This document shows positions 56,171 through 64,000 of a stretch of DNA of 64,000 nt, piece by piece; the first letter of the stretch is position 1, and each line of letters opens with the position of its first letter. The stretch comes from a virus, in IMG/VR virus record IMGVR_UViG_3300003702_000496, positions 1 to 64,000 of that record; one strand, given 5' to 3'. The translations under genes were made by a program, and so were the position numbers. The notes below the pieces were generated by a model. The model made no database searches and was not told where the DNA came from. It saw nothing but the letters and a program-made list of their open reading frames with translations.

Positions 56171-57034
56171 TTACCTCGGTTCTATTATAATGTTATCATA
56201 AAGTTCATCCACATCACCAAACCTTACATTAACAACAATCACAAATTTTCTATCAATTGAATTCAATTCTTCTAGGGTTTCTGCACAACAGATATCTATG
56301 CAATTTACTGTTCCATTATTTCTAGTTATACATTCATTAATGTACATTTTGATACGTTGTATTGAAGGATATGCAGGCCAAGCAGATACTTCCTGTAATG
56401 TTTCGTTAAGGGAAATAAGATTGTTATAATCATCTTTCGTTAAATCTCTATTATGAGAACTAAAAGCCACACCATTAGAATCTCTAACGATAGGAGCTAT
56501 AATTACCTTTATGGGAAGACTTGATTGTTTGATAAGATATTTAAGGACAACAATTTGATGTACATCCTTTTGACCTAATATAGATACATCAGGCAGTATA
56601 ATATTATACAATTCTTTAGCACCCAACATAAATTTCATATTTACAGGGGGAAAATAAGGTCTATCTATTATCAACTGATCAATTACAGGAATAGAAACAT
56701 TTAAAGGAGGAATATCTAAATATAAATCATTCATCGGAGGAAGAAAAAGTACATCTACATTATTTAACTTACATATTTCAATTTCTTTTTCTTTAAAATC
56801 TTGTTCATATACTTTTAATTGTGCTTCATATTTTTCAATGGAAGAGTCAAAATAATCAACTGTGTGACAAATGCTCAATACTACTGCGTCAACATTTTCT
56901 TTAGCAACCTTTACCAAGGACATATGGCCATCATGTAAATCTCCTTCAGTATCTATTAATCCAATAGTCTTTCCTATTTGTTTTACTTGTCGAGAATATT
57001 CTCGCATTTCTTTAATTGACTCAATAATTTTCAT
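56171..57034 (-). CDS. PanC-like amide ligase, paralog 2
   Basis: LHDGH, GQKD, RDSNGVAFSSHN, LYDN. Confidence 0.85.
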   Translation of the reverse strand: MKIIESIKEMREYSRQVKQIGKTIGLIDTEGDLHDGHMSLVKVAKENVDAVVLSICHTVDYFDSSIEKYEAQLKVYEQDFKEKEIEICKLNNVDVLFLPPMNDLYLDIPPLNVSIPVIDQLIIDRPYFPPVNMKFMLGAKELYNIILPDVSILGQKDVHQIVVLKYLIKQSSLPIKVIIAPIVRDSNGVAFSSHNRDLTKDDYNNLISLNETLQEVSAWPAYPSIQRIKMYINECITRNNGTVNCIDICCAETLEELNSIDRKFVIVVNVRFGDVDELYDNIIIEPR

Positions 57035-57945
57035 CTAGCATAACCAAGATGCTTTGGTTCTATTATAATGTTATCATAAAGTTCAATCACGTTACCAAAT
57101 TGTGTAGAAACTAAAATTACTGCTTTTCTATCAATTGTCTTTAATTCTTCTAAGGTTTCTGCACAACAGATATCTATGTAATTTACTGTTCCGTCAGAAG
57201 CTTCTATGCGTTCATTAATATACATCTTAACACGTTGTATTGAGGGATATTCAGACCAAGTAGATACTTCCTGTAATGTTTTATAGACAGAAGAAACATT
57301 TATAAGTTCTTCTTTATTTAAAGCTGCGTTACGAGAACTTAAAGCTACACCATTAGAATCTCTAATGGTAGGAGCAATAATTAATTTAATTGAATAATTC
57401 AAATCATCTATAAGAGATTTAAGATAAGAAGTTAATTCATAAACATCTTTTTCTCCAATTACACTCACATCGGGCGACACAATATTAAATATTTTTAAAT
57501 TCATGAGCAGGTATAGAGATATAATATCTCCATATCCATTAGCTAAATTTGGATTCCAAGCCCTCTTTTTGATAAATCTGTCAACAAGAAGACCAGATAA
57601 AGTTATTTTATTTGTCAAATTTGAATATACATCTAACATACTAGGTTGAAACAATATATCTACATCATATTTTTCACATGTAGCAAGATCATCTTTTAAA
57701 AACTCTGCATGATATTCTGCTATATGTTTTTCGTATCTCTCAGGATGATTTAAATAATAAAAATAATAAAAAGTATGAAAATTACTCATCACTACTACGT
57801 CAACATTTTCTTTGGCAACCTTTACCAAAGACATATGACCATCATGTAAATAAGATTCTGTAGCAACAGATGCTATAGTTTTACCGTCACGTTTAAGTTG
57901 TTGAGAATACTCTCGCATCTCGTCAATTGATTCAATAATTTTCAT
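57031..57945 (-). CDS. PanC-like amide ligase, paralog 1
   Basis: LHDGH, GEKD, RDSNGVALSSRN, LYDN. Confidence 0.85.
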   Translation of the reverse strand: MKIIESIDEMREYSQQLKRDGKTIASVATESYLHDGHMSLVKVAKENVDVVVMSNFHTFYYFYYLNHPERYEKHIAEYHAEFLKDDLATCEKYDVDILFQPSMLDVYSNLTNKITLSGLLVDRFIKKRAWNPNLANGYGDIISLYLLMNLKIFNIVSPDVSVIGEKDVYELTSYLKSLIDDLNYSIKLIIAPTIRDSNGVALSSRNAALNKEELINVSSVYKTLQEVSTWSEYPSIQRVKMYINERIEASDGTVNYIDICCAETLEELKTIDRKAVILVSTQFGNVIELYDNIIIEPKHLGYAR

Positions 57946-58118
57946 TTTTTTAATTCCACTTCTGCTTTATGTCCACAATGAGGACAAGTCATTTCTGGCC
58001 ATTTTTTCCAAACAGCATCTGTAGTTGCCCAACTAGTTGCATAACTCCACCAATTCATGCACTTAACACAATTGAAATGAAGTATCAACTCTTTTGTATA
58101 TGTGTGATTTATACCCAC
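57942..58118 (-). CDS. Small zinc-ribbon protein (58 aa; HFNCVKC..WWS...CPHCG)
   Basis: Read by hand, GTG start; ATGA overlap with PanC paralog 1. Confidence 0.7.
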   Translation of the reverse strand: MGINHTYTKELILHFNCVKCMNWWSYATSWATTDAVWKKWPEMTCPHCGHKAEVELKK

Positions 58119-58126
58119 TTTGAAAC

Positions 58127-58155
58127 ATTATATAACAATTCTTGATGAATGTCAA
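58127..58155 (-). promoter_or_regulatory. Consensus sigma70 promoter TTGACA-N17-TATAAT driving the PanC-like operon
   Basis: Perfect -35 and -10 hexamers with 17-nt spacer. Confidence 0.9.
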
Positions 58156-58165
58156 GAACCTTTTG

Positions 58166-58828
58166 TTAACGTCTTTTCTTAGATAACTCCATTGCAATCC
58201 AATCCTTGGCTCGCGTATTCTGAACTTTTCTTTTAGCGAGTTTTTGTACACGTTTGAAAACTTGGGTAAAGATATCCTCTCCAGCATCATTGTTATCTAT
58301 GATAATCATACCAGCGCCAAAGAAGTTATTAAATTTACCAAGATTTGCTTGTACATCTTTCCACGATTTAATTACTTTAGATTCTGGAACACTACGAGGA
58401 CGTTCTGCATTTCGTTGAAGGGCAACATCAAGAGAGGTGTTCACAAATATCATATATGTGTCATATCCCAACTCTTGCAGTTGTCTTGCTTGCATTTGTA
58501 TCTTATCAAAGTCTCTGCCTGTGCCATCTATGATAAGACCAAGACGCCCCTCAAGAAAATTTTCTTTTCTTTTTGCAGTAATTTCTTTTGCTCGCGCACG
58601 AACAATATCTCTAGGAGCTTCTTGTTCTGAGGGCATCTTGAGAGACAGACCAGCCTTTTTCAGAAGAGTTTCAAAAGCATCATCTGAATTAACTGATTTA
58701 AGTCCCATACCACCAGTGGTGCGTCTGGCAACGTATGATTTACCGCTGCCAGGCCCACCAGCTAAAAAGAACGCCTTAAATATATTAGGGTCGTAAACCC
58801 CCTCTTGCAACTCTCTGAATGTCTTCAT
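58166..58828 (-). CDS. P-loop kinase (zeta-toxin/AAA_33-like)
   Basis: FLAGGPGSGKS, N.D, IIDGTG, RN..R.R.V. Confidence 0.85.
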   Translation of the reverse strand: MKTFRELQEGVYDPNIFKAFFLAGGPGSGKSYVARRTTGGMGLKSVNSDDAFETLLKKAGLSLKMPSEQEAPRDIVRARAKEITAKRKENFLEGRLGLIIDGTGRDFDKIQMQARQLQELGYDTYMIFVNTSLDVALQRNAERPRSVPESKVIKSWKDVQANLGKFNNFFGAGMIIIDNNDAGEDIFTQVFKRVQKLAKRKVQNTRAKDWIAMELSKKRR

Positions 58829-59105
58829 TAGATATTCGTTCCTTCATCAACTCTCTTTTATATCCTGCTGTCTCTATAATGTATTTATCATTTTCTGATA
58901 GCGGTTCATATTTGCGATTCTGTTTTTGAAAAGTCATCTTCTTAATTCGGTTTTTGGTCCTAGCCATCCTAGCCATTTTTCTTTTCCTTTTCATTTGTGA
59001 TTTATTGGATATATTATAAGAGGTGATATTATGATTCTCCTTTCGATTATGTATTATAATATTTGTAAGATTCCGCGACAGCAACTGAGTCAGCTGAAGG
59101 TTCAA
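58785..59105 (-). CDS. Basic hypothetical protein (true start probably internal)
   Basis: ORF overlapping both neighbours; start uncertain. Confidence 0.45.
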   Translation of the reverse strand: MNLQLTQLLSRNLTNIIIHNRKENHNITSYNISNKSQMKRKRKMARMARTKNRIKKMTFQKQNRKYEPLSENDKYIIETAGYKRELMKERISNEDIQRVARGGLRP

Positions 59106-60480
59106 AATTATCTGTTGGTGCTTCTAATCTTTCCTCTAAAGAATCTTTTACTAGATTCATATGCATTGTATGTTTTGCTGGTGATGAACTCGTATCAAAA
59201 TCGTGTCTAAGTCTTTTGATTATAAATGGACCCTTATAAAATTTGTCAAATCTATCATTATCTACCCCTATAACAGCAGCTTTATATGGTAAATTAATTG
59301 TTACTTTATCTCCAGCATTTATTAATGTATTTCCATGAACTGATATGTTTATGTTAAGTGCATTTTCCAATTGTATCATTTGTGAGGTTCTTCTTTGAAT
59401 CCATTTATGAGGATCGTATGCCATATAAGGAGATGTGTTGTTGGATGTTACATGTTGAGAATCAACACTTCCAGTAAGAGAAGTTGGCATCAGAAATGTT
59501 CTTGCAGGGAAATCAGATATCCTTGATCCATCTTCTTGTATATGTAATTCGCTTGCAAGGGGAAACTCTAATTTCCCTTCTGTAACACCACCAACAATAT
59601 GTGATTCATTATTAAAATTATCATGATAATTATATATTTCAGTTCGATAACTTTTGTTAAGAATATCGTGAGTTATAAGTTTTGATGCATACATGCCTGT
59701 ACGATAATTTATAAGACTGTCATTATTAGAAACTATTTGATAATCAAGAATAGTTCCTAAATCTCTTAATACATCAACCATACCATCTTTTGTTAAATTG
59801 GTGCCAGCAACTGATGTAGTATATTCTATAAGAGATGATTCATTATATAAACTTGCTAAAGTTCTAAAATTAAATCCTTTAAGATTTTCGTAAAATAAAT
59901 ATGTCGGTTCTCCTTTATAGATAGCCACAGCCTGTTTCATTCCTAAAACAATTATGTCTAATGGCCTCATATTTGGAGCAACAAATTTCTTTACGCCGGA
60001 ACTTTCTTCTATAACTCTATTCTTTTTAGTACCCAAATAATCTACCAACATTCTATCAACAATATTTGACCAAGAATCAGTTAAACTTTGTGTAACTTTG
60101 ATTCTCTGATTTTTAACTAATTCTTGACTAACAAAACTTAATACAAATCCTTGAACACCAGCAGGCGAAATTTCTTGTCTTTTGGATATAGAATGTACGA
60201 GAAATACATTTTCAGAAAAATCTATGACTGCACTTTCATTGATGAAAGTTGGAGTTGCAATTTTAAGATGTAAATATTCTTGACCTAAAAGTGGACCATA
60301 AGATGCCAAATTCACAGAATCCATTATTGCAACAGTACCAGAGATTGTCATTGAAAATATGTTTTCAAAAATAGTTATTCCCATTACCATTGTTGAAAGA
60401 TCAACTTCTAATCCTGTGGTGGTGATAAGTCTTAATTCTTCTATTATAAAATCACCAGGCCCAGTTAAACCTTCAGCCAT
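59047..60480 (-). CDS. Baseplate hub / tail protein (gp27/GpD-like)
   Basis: I.IFE.I....ISG, P..GQE, YLFYE...GFNF, G...I.AGD.V, G.FII..LRH; follows gp53. Confidence 0.7.
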   Translation of the reverse strand: MAEGLTGPGDFIIEELRLITTTGLEVDLSTMVMGITIFENIFSMTISGTVAIMDSVNLASYGPLLGQEYLHLKIATPTFINESAVIDFSENVFLVHSISKRQEISPAGVQGFVLSFVSQELVKNQRIKVTQSLTDSWSNIVDRMLVDYLGTKKNRVIEESSGVKKFVAPNMRPLDIIVLGMKQAVAIYKGEPTYLFYENLKGFNFRTLASLYNESSLIEYTTSVAGTNLTKDGMVDVLRDLGTILDYQIVSNNDSLINYRTGMYASKLITHDILNKSYRTEIYNYHDNFNNESHIVGGVTEGKLEFPLASELHIQEDGSRISDFPARTFLMPTSLTGSVDSQHVTSNNTSPYMAYDPHKWIQRRTSQMIQLENALNINISVHGNTLINAGDKVTINLPYKAAVIGVDNDRFDKFYKGPFIIKRLRHDFDTSSSPAKHTMHMNLVKDSLEERLEAPTDNFEPSADSVAVAESYKYYNT

Positions 60481-61016
60481 TATAAAATGCTCGCTTTCAT
60501 TAATTTTTGATATTCAGCAACAAAATCTCCAAGATATGCTGGATTAAGTAATTTAATTTTTCTTTTTATATCTTGTAATTTTTCCTCATATTCAAAATTA
60601 GTAACAGCTGTTGCATCAGAATGATCAGTGTTATCTAAACCAATATCAATCTTTATAGTAGTATCGCCAGATGTTTGTGATATTTCATAATGATGTGTTG
60701 CATCAACTTCTGTTTGCCCGCCATATTTTTCTAAAACATATGCTATAAATTGAGGATAACTCATAGGCCATTGATGATATCTATCGGTAATATCGTTTAA
60801 CAAAAGAATAACCCAATGATATTCTGGGTCATCATACAATATATCAGCAACCATCTCAGGAGTTTCCCCTTCTTTAACATCATATATATCATAAAATACT
60901 GTATTGGTTTTAACTTTTGCTCGAACTGCAACTCGTTTTAACAAATTAGTTACAAGTTTAAAATTATAATTTCCAACGGAGTCATATGGAATAACAGGAA
61001 AATTTGCAAAATACAT
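60480..61016 (-). CDS. gp53: Baseplate wedge subunit
   Basis: MYFANFP, GETPE..A..LY.DP..HWVILLLN, HHYE, KR.IKLL. Confidence 0.93.
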   Translation of the reverse strand: MYFANFPVIPYDSVGNYNFKLVTNLLKRVAVRAKVKTNTVFYDIYDVKEGETPEMVADILYDDPEYHWVILLLNDITDRYHQWPMSYPQFIAYVLEKYGGQTEVDATHHYEISQTSGDTTIKIDIGLDNTDHSDATAVTNFEYEEKLQDIKRKIKLLNPAYLGDFVAEYQKLMKASIL

Positions 61017-61018
61017 GA

Positions 61019-62197
61019 TTAATATCCTGCTTCAATATGTTTCTTAGTAATGATATTCAACTCACTAAAATTTAAAGATATTTGGGTTGTTTGTGGCACA
61101 CCGCCTGGGTATGTTTTAAATCTATCAGCACCGTATGTTACATTCATTCCCCTAAGAACGCAAGTTGATATTTTATTAATATGGTTGTTTTCTTTTCCTT
61201 TATACATATATGTTATATCAAAAAAACTAGGAATATCCATTTCTCTTACGCCGTCAGCACCAGCGCCGAGGCCGGCAACATCGACGCCAGCTATATTACC
61301 TGTTGAATAATCAGCAGCCATCGCATGTTTAAATCTAGTAACAATACCTTCAATATGATCAGCTTCCTGAGAACTTTTTGGTATAAATGTAAAGTCATAA
61401 GTAAAGTCTCTCCGGGCGACACCTTCAAACATTAATTCCATTCTTGGAGTAATAATTTTACCTCTAGCAATTGATATAAGTGCGGCCGCTCCTGGAGCTA
61501 CACCTTCTAGTGCTTTTATTCCCGCTACTTTCAATCCTTGACCAGCGCCTTCAATACCCGCCGTGGCGCCAGAAATAAGTTGATCCATAATGCCGCCTTT
61601 AGTTTCCATAAATTTTTTAATTGCAGCGGCACCTGTTTCTGCCCGCAGACCAATTTCTTGCTCGCCATATTTTGTTTGATAACTAACTTTAACAGATGCA
61701 GGCATATAGATTGAAATGAAACCTTTCAAATCAGTTGTCGCCTTTCTGGACATTTGAATGGAATTATTTAATCCAACTGTTGTATTACCAATCTTTATGT
61801 CTGATTGATCAACGCCTTCTACTCCATTCGCAGCAACACGCCTGGCCACCTCTTTCTCCTGATCGGCCGCAGACAGGGCAGAGACACCTCCTCGGCCGCC
61901 AGTGGCGACATCCTTTTCAATCTGTGCTAAGGTTTTCGCTTCTCTTGGTTTCCATGCTTTTAATTTTGCTTTATTTTGTTCTTTAATCGTGAAAATAATA
62001 TAATGACCTTCTTGTGGATTACCATCTACATTCAAGGGAAAAGACAAACTTTCTGTTACATATTTGGTATTAACAGTATTCGCGGAAGTAATGCCCAATG
62101 CGCCGCCGCTGCCGAGGAATTGCTTGGCGGTTGCGCCAAGTTGAGCTCGATTTCCTTTCATCTTAACAAATTGTAGTGGTCTTGCGTGATGTGCCAT
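61019..62197 (-). CDS. gp48: Baseplate tail-tube cap
   Basis: IYMP, P.MELMFEGV..R.F.Y.F.F.P.S..EA, L.F.EL. Confidence 0.88.
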   Translation of the reverse strand: MAHHARPLQFVKMKGNRAQLGATAKQFLGSGGALGITSANTVNTKYVTESLSFPLNVDGNPQEGHYIIFTIKEQNKAKLKAWKPREAKTLAQIEKDVATGGRGGVSALSAADQEKEVARRVAANGVEGVDQSDIKIGNTTVGLNNSIQMSRKATTDLKGFISIYMPASVKVSYQTKYGEQEIGLRAETGAAAIKKFMETKGGIMDQLISGATAGIEGAGQGLKVAGIKALEGVAPGAAALISIARGKIITPRMELMFEGVARRDFTYDFTFIPKSSQEADHIEGIVTRFKHAMAADYSTGNIAGVDVAGLGAGADGVREMDIPSFFDITYMYKGKENNHINKISTCVLRGMNVTYGADRFKTYPGGVPQTTQISLNFSELNIITKKHIEAGY

Positions 62198-62236
62198 TGT
62201 TATTTCACCAAAGTAATTGTTTCTGTTGTAAACATA

Positions 62237-62265
62237 TATAAATATCCTTGTAGAAACTATTTATA
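62237..62265. promoter_or_regulatory. Pair of opposed late promoters: TATAAATA (+) at 62237-62244 for gp4 and (-) at 62258-62265 for gp48
   Basis: Two exact consensus octamers in face-to-face arrangement. Confidence 0.8.
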
Positions 62266-62269
62266 ACTC

Positions 62270-62716
62270 ATGTCTTATTCGGGTCGATACATACCAAAAA
62301 AACCAAACAAATATCGGGGTGATTCACGACGAATCATTTACCGTTCTCTTTGGGAACGTAAATTTATGGTGTATTGTGACACTAATAACTCCATAATTGA
62401 ATGGGGAAGTGAAGAAGTCATTATACCCTATTTATCTCCTTGGGATGGTAGAGTTCATAGATATTTTCCAGATTTTTATATCAAGACAAAACAACATGAT
62501 GGAACAATCAAGAAGTTTATTATAGAAGTTAAGCCCAAAAATCAATGCATTCCACCATCTTCAGAACCAAAGAAAAAAACTAGACGATGGTTTAATGAAG
62601 TCAAAACATGGGGTATTAATAAGGCTAAATGGAAATATGCAACAGAATGGTGTAATAATAATGATATGGAATTTAAAATTTTAACAGAGGAACATCTTAA
62701 CATTCGGTATAAATAA
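62270..62716 (+). CDS. gp4: Head completion nuclease
   Basis: YRSLWE, WGSEE, HRYFPDF, IEVKP, NKAKW. Confidence 0.95.
   Translation: MSYSGRYIPKKPNKYRGDSRRIIYRSLWERKFMVYCDTNNSIIEWGSEEVIIPYLSPWDGRVHRYFPDFYIKTKQHDGTIKKFIIEVKPKNQCIPPSSEPKKKTRRWFNEVKTWGINKAKWKYATEWCNNNDMEFKILTEEHLNIRYK
62708..62715 (+). promoter_or_regulatory. T4-type late promoter for gp2
   Basis: Exact TATAAATA overlapping the gp4 stop. Confidence 0.75.
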
Positions 62717-62723
62717 TAATGAT

Positions 62724-63281
62724 ATGGCAATAAGTAAATTCATACAAGCGGTTAAAGATGAAGCGAGAGGAAGACCTCGTTCTACTGCTTGGTATAAAGA
62801 AAAAATTAGAGAATTTGGTAAACCTAGTGCTCTAAATTTAATTCGAGATGGTAAAAGGAATAATAAACCATTTTATGGTAAATTGAATATGTTTTTCTAT
62901 GATCCTAAATTTAAAAAAACTCTTCCATACTATGATGTATTTCCTCTTGTGCTTCCGTTAGAAACTTATTCAGATGGATTTCTTGGAATCAATCTTCACT
63001 ATCTTCCAATTCCATTACGAATTAGACTTCTTGATAAATTAGTAGATTATTCTAACAACACTAAATTTGATGAATCTACAAAATTAATGGTTGATTATAA
63101 AAAATTAAAAAGAATTACTTTAATTAAACCAACCATACATAAATATTTAGCTGGACAAACTAAATCTCAATTTCGTAGAATTGATGCAGATGAATTTACA
63201 ATTGCAACTTTACTTCCTGTGCAAAGATTTAAAAAAGCTACTGAGAGCGCGGTTTGGAAAGAATCTAGGAGTATGATTTAA
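62724..63281 (+). CDS. gp2: DNA end protector protein
   Basis: YDPK.K..LPYYD.FPL, GINLHYL, K.Y. Confidence 0.93.
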   Translation: MAISKFIQAVKDEARGRPRSTAWYKEKIREFGKPSALNLIRDGKRNNKPFYGKLNMFFYDPKFKKTLPYYDVFPLVLPLETYSDGFLGINLHYLPIPLRIRLLDKLVDYSNNTKFDESTKLMVDYKKLKRITLIKPTIHKYLAGQTKSQFRRIDADEFTIATLLPVQRFKKATESAVWKESRSMI

Positions 63282-63979
63282 TGTCACCATCCTTCGCACA
63301 ATTTACGTCAGACCGTGCCGTTCATAAATTCAACGAATTTTTATCAACAATAAACACCAATGAAGGTTATGCAACAAAAAACCGATTTGAAGTATTAGTT
63401 TTGCCTCCGACGGCAATGGCATTTGAAGTTCAAAGCAAAGATATTTCTCTGAGATGTATAGATGTAACACTTCCTGGGCGTAACTTAGCTACTTTAACTG
63501 ACTCAAATATTTATGGACCTACTAGAGAAATTGTTAATGGTGTAGTTTATGCAGAAGGTATATCTCTAACTTTTATTGCAAGTGCTGGTTTGAGGGAAAG
63601 AGTATTTTTTGAAGAGTGGCAACAATTAGCATTTAATGACTCAACTTGGGATTTAGGATATTATGATGATTATGTAGGGGAAATTCATATATTCATATTA
63701 AATAAACAAAATGAAAGAAAATTTGGAATTAAACTTATAGAAGCATTTCCTAAAACAATTGGAGGGACAGAGTTAGCTATGGAAACTCAAAATGCAATTA
63801 TAACTCTTCCAATAACTTTTGCTTTTCATTATTGGGAAACTTTAGATATAACCAGAATCCCAGATCGTGCAACTATTAGCAACGATCTTGGTGGTACGAG
63901 AACATTTAAGATTAATGGTGTACCAGTTACAAAAGAAGAACACGCCGCCGCCCTTGCACGAGGCGGAAGGCTTGATTAA
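63281..63979 (+). CDS. Tail tube initiator / gp19-paralog (gp54-like)
   Basis: NRFEV, C..V.LPG, R.FFE.WQ, YYDDYVG, EAFPKTI. Confidence 0.85.
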   Translation: MSPSFAQFTSDRAVHKFNEFLSTINTNEGYATKNRFEVLVLPPTAMAFEVQSKDISLRCIDVTLPGRNLATLTDSNIYGPTREIVNGVVYAEGISLTFIASAGLRERVFFEEWQQLAFNDSTWDLGYYDDYVGEIHIFILNKQNERKFGIKLIEAFPKTIGGTELAMETQNAIITLPITFAFHYWETLDITRIPDRATISNDLGGTRTFKINGVPVTKEEHAAALARGGRLD

Positions 63980-64000
63980 CGCAGTTCGGTGAAACCAAAC

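Noticed and set aside
54413-57945. Ordinary panC auxiliary metabolic genes
   Set aside because: Pantoate-binding motifs are replaced in all three copies, so no gene symbol was assigned
2681-62730. Numerous short antisense or alternate-frame ORFs in the track (e.g. 5253-5615, 18345-18792, 31495-31980, 48737-49147)
   Set aside because: They are shadows of well-supported genes, with no independent motifs or expression signals
1-64000. Prophage or host chromosome junction
   Set aside because: No integrase or run of host housekeeping genes; host-like genes are interspersed under phage-type promoters

Overview
64 kb of a lytic T4-like (Tevenvirinae-related, marine-type) myovirus genome, AT-rich and mostly on the minus strand. 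1-38 kb and 59-64 kb hold virion morphogenesis genes: gp67, portal gp20, gp19, gp18, gp17, gp16, gp15, gp14, gp13, a VrlC-like giant protein, gp8, a modular tail-fibre cluster, gp7, gp6, gp25, PAAR, gp5, then a hub protein, gp53, gp48, gp4, gp2 and a gp54-like gene. These sit behind T4 late promoters (TATAAATA). A ~21 kb accessory island (38-59 kb) separates gp5 from the hub/gp53 genes and is driven by eight TTGACA-N17 sigma70-type promoters. It encodes six 2OG-Fe(II) oxygenases, a compact tryptophan 2,3-dioxygenase, IscA, a CmcI-like methyltransferase, an ExbB/ExbD-like membrane module, a 17-kDa-antigen-type lipoprotein, an amidoligase and a P-loop kinase. Best candidates for undescribed biology: (i) an operon of three PanC-fold amide ligases with remodelled substrate sites plus an amine-dehydrogenase-like enzyme; (ii) a ~420-nt promoter-driven structured non-coding RNA; (iii) a tRNA-like small RNA; (iv) a phage-encoded ExbBD/MotAB-like motor module. 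Usg, zf-CHCC and 17-kDa-antigen homologs suggest an alphaproteobacterial host (inference). All family assignments come from motif recognition by eye, not database searches.
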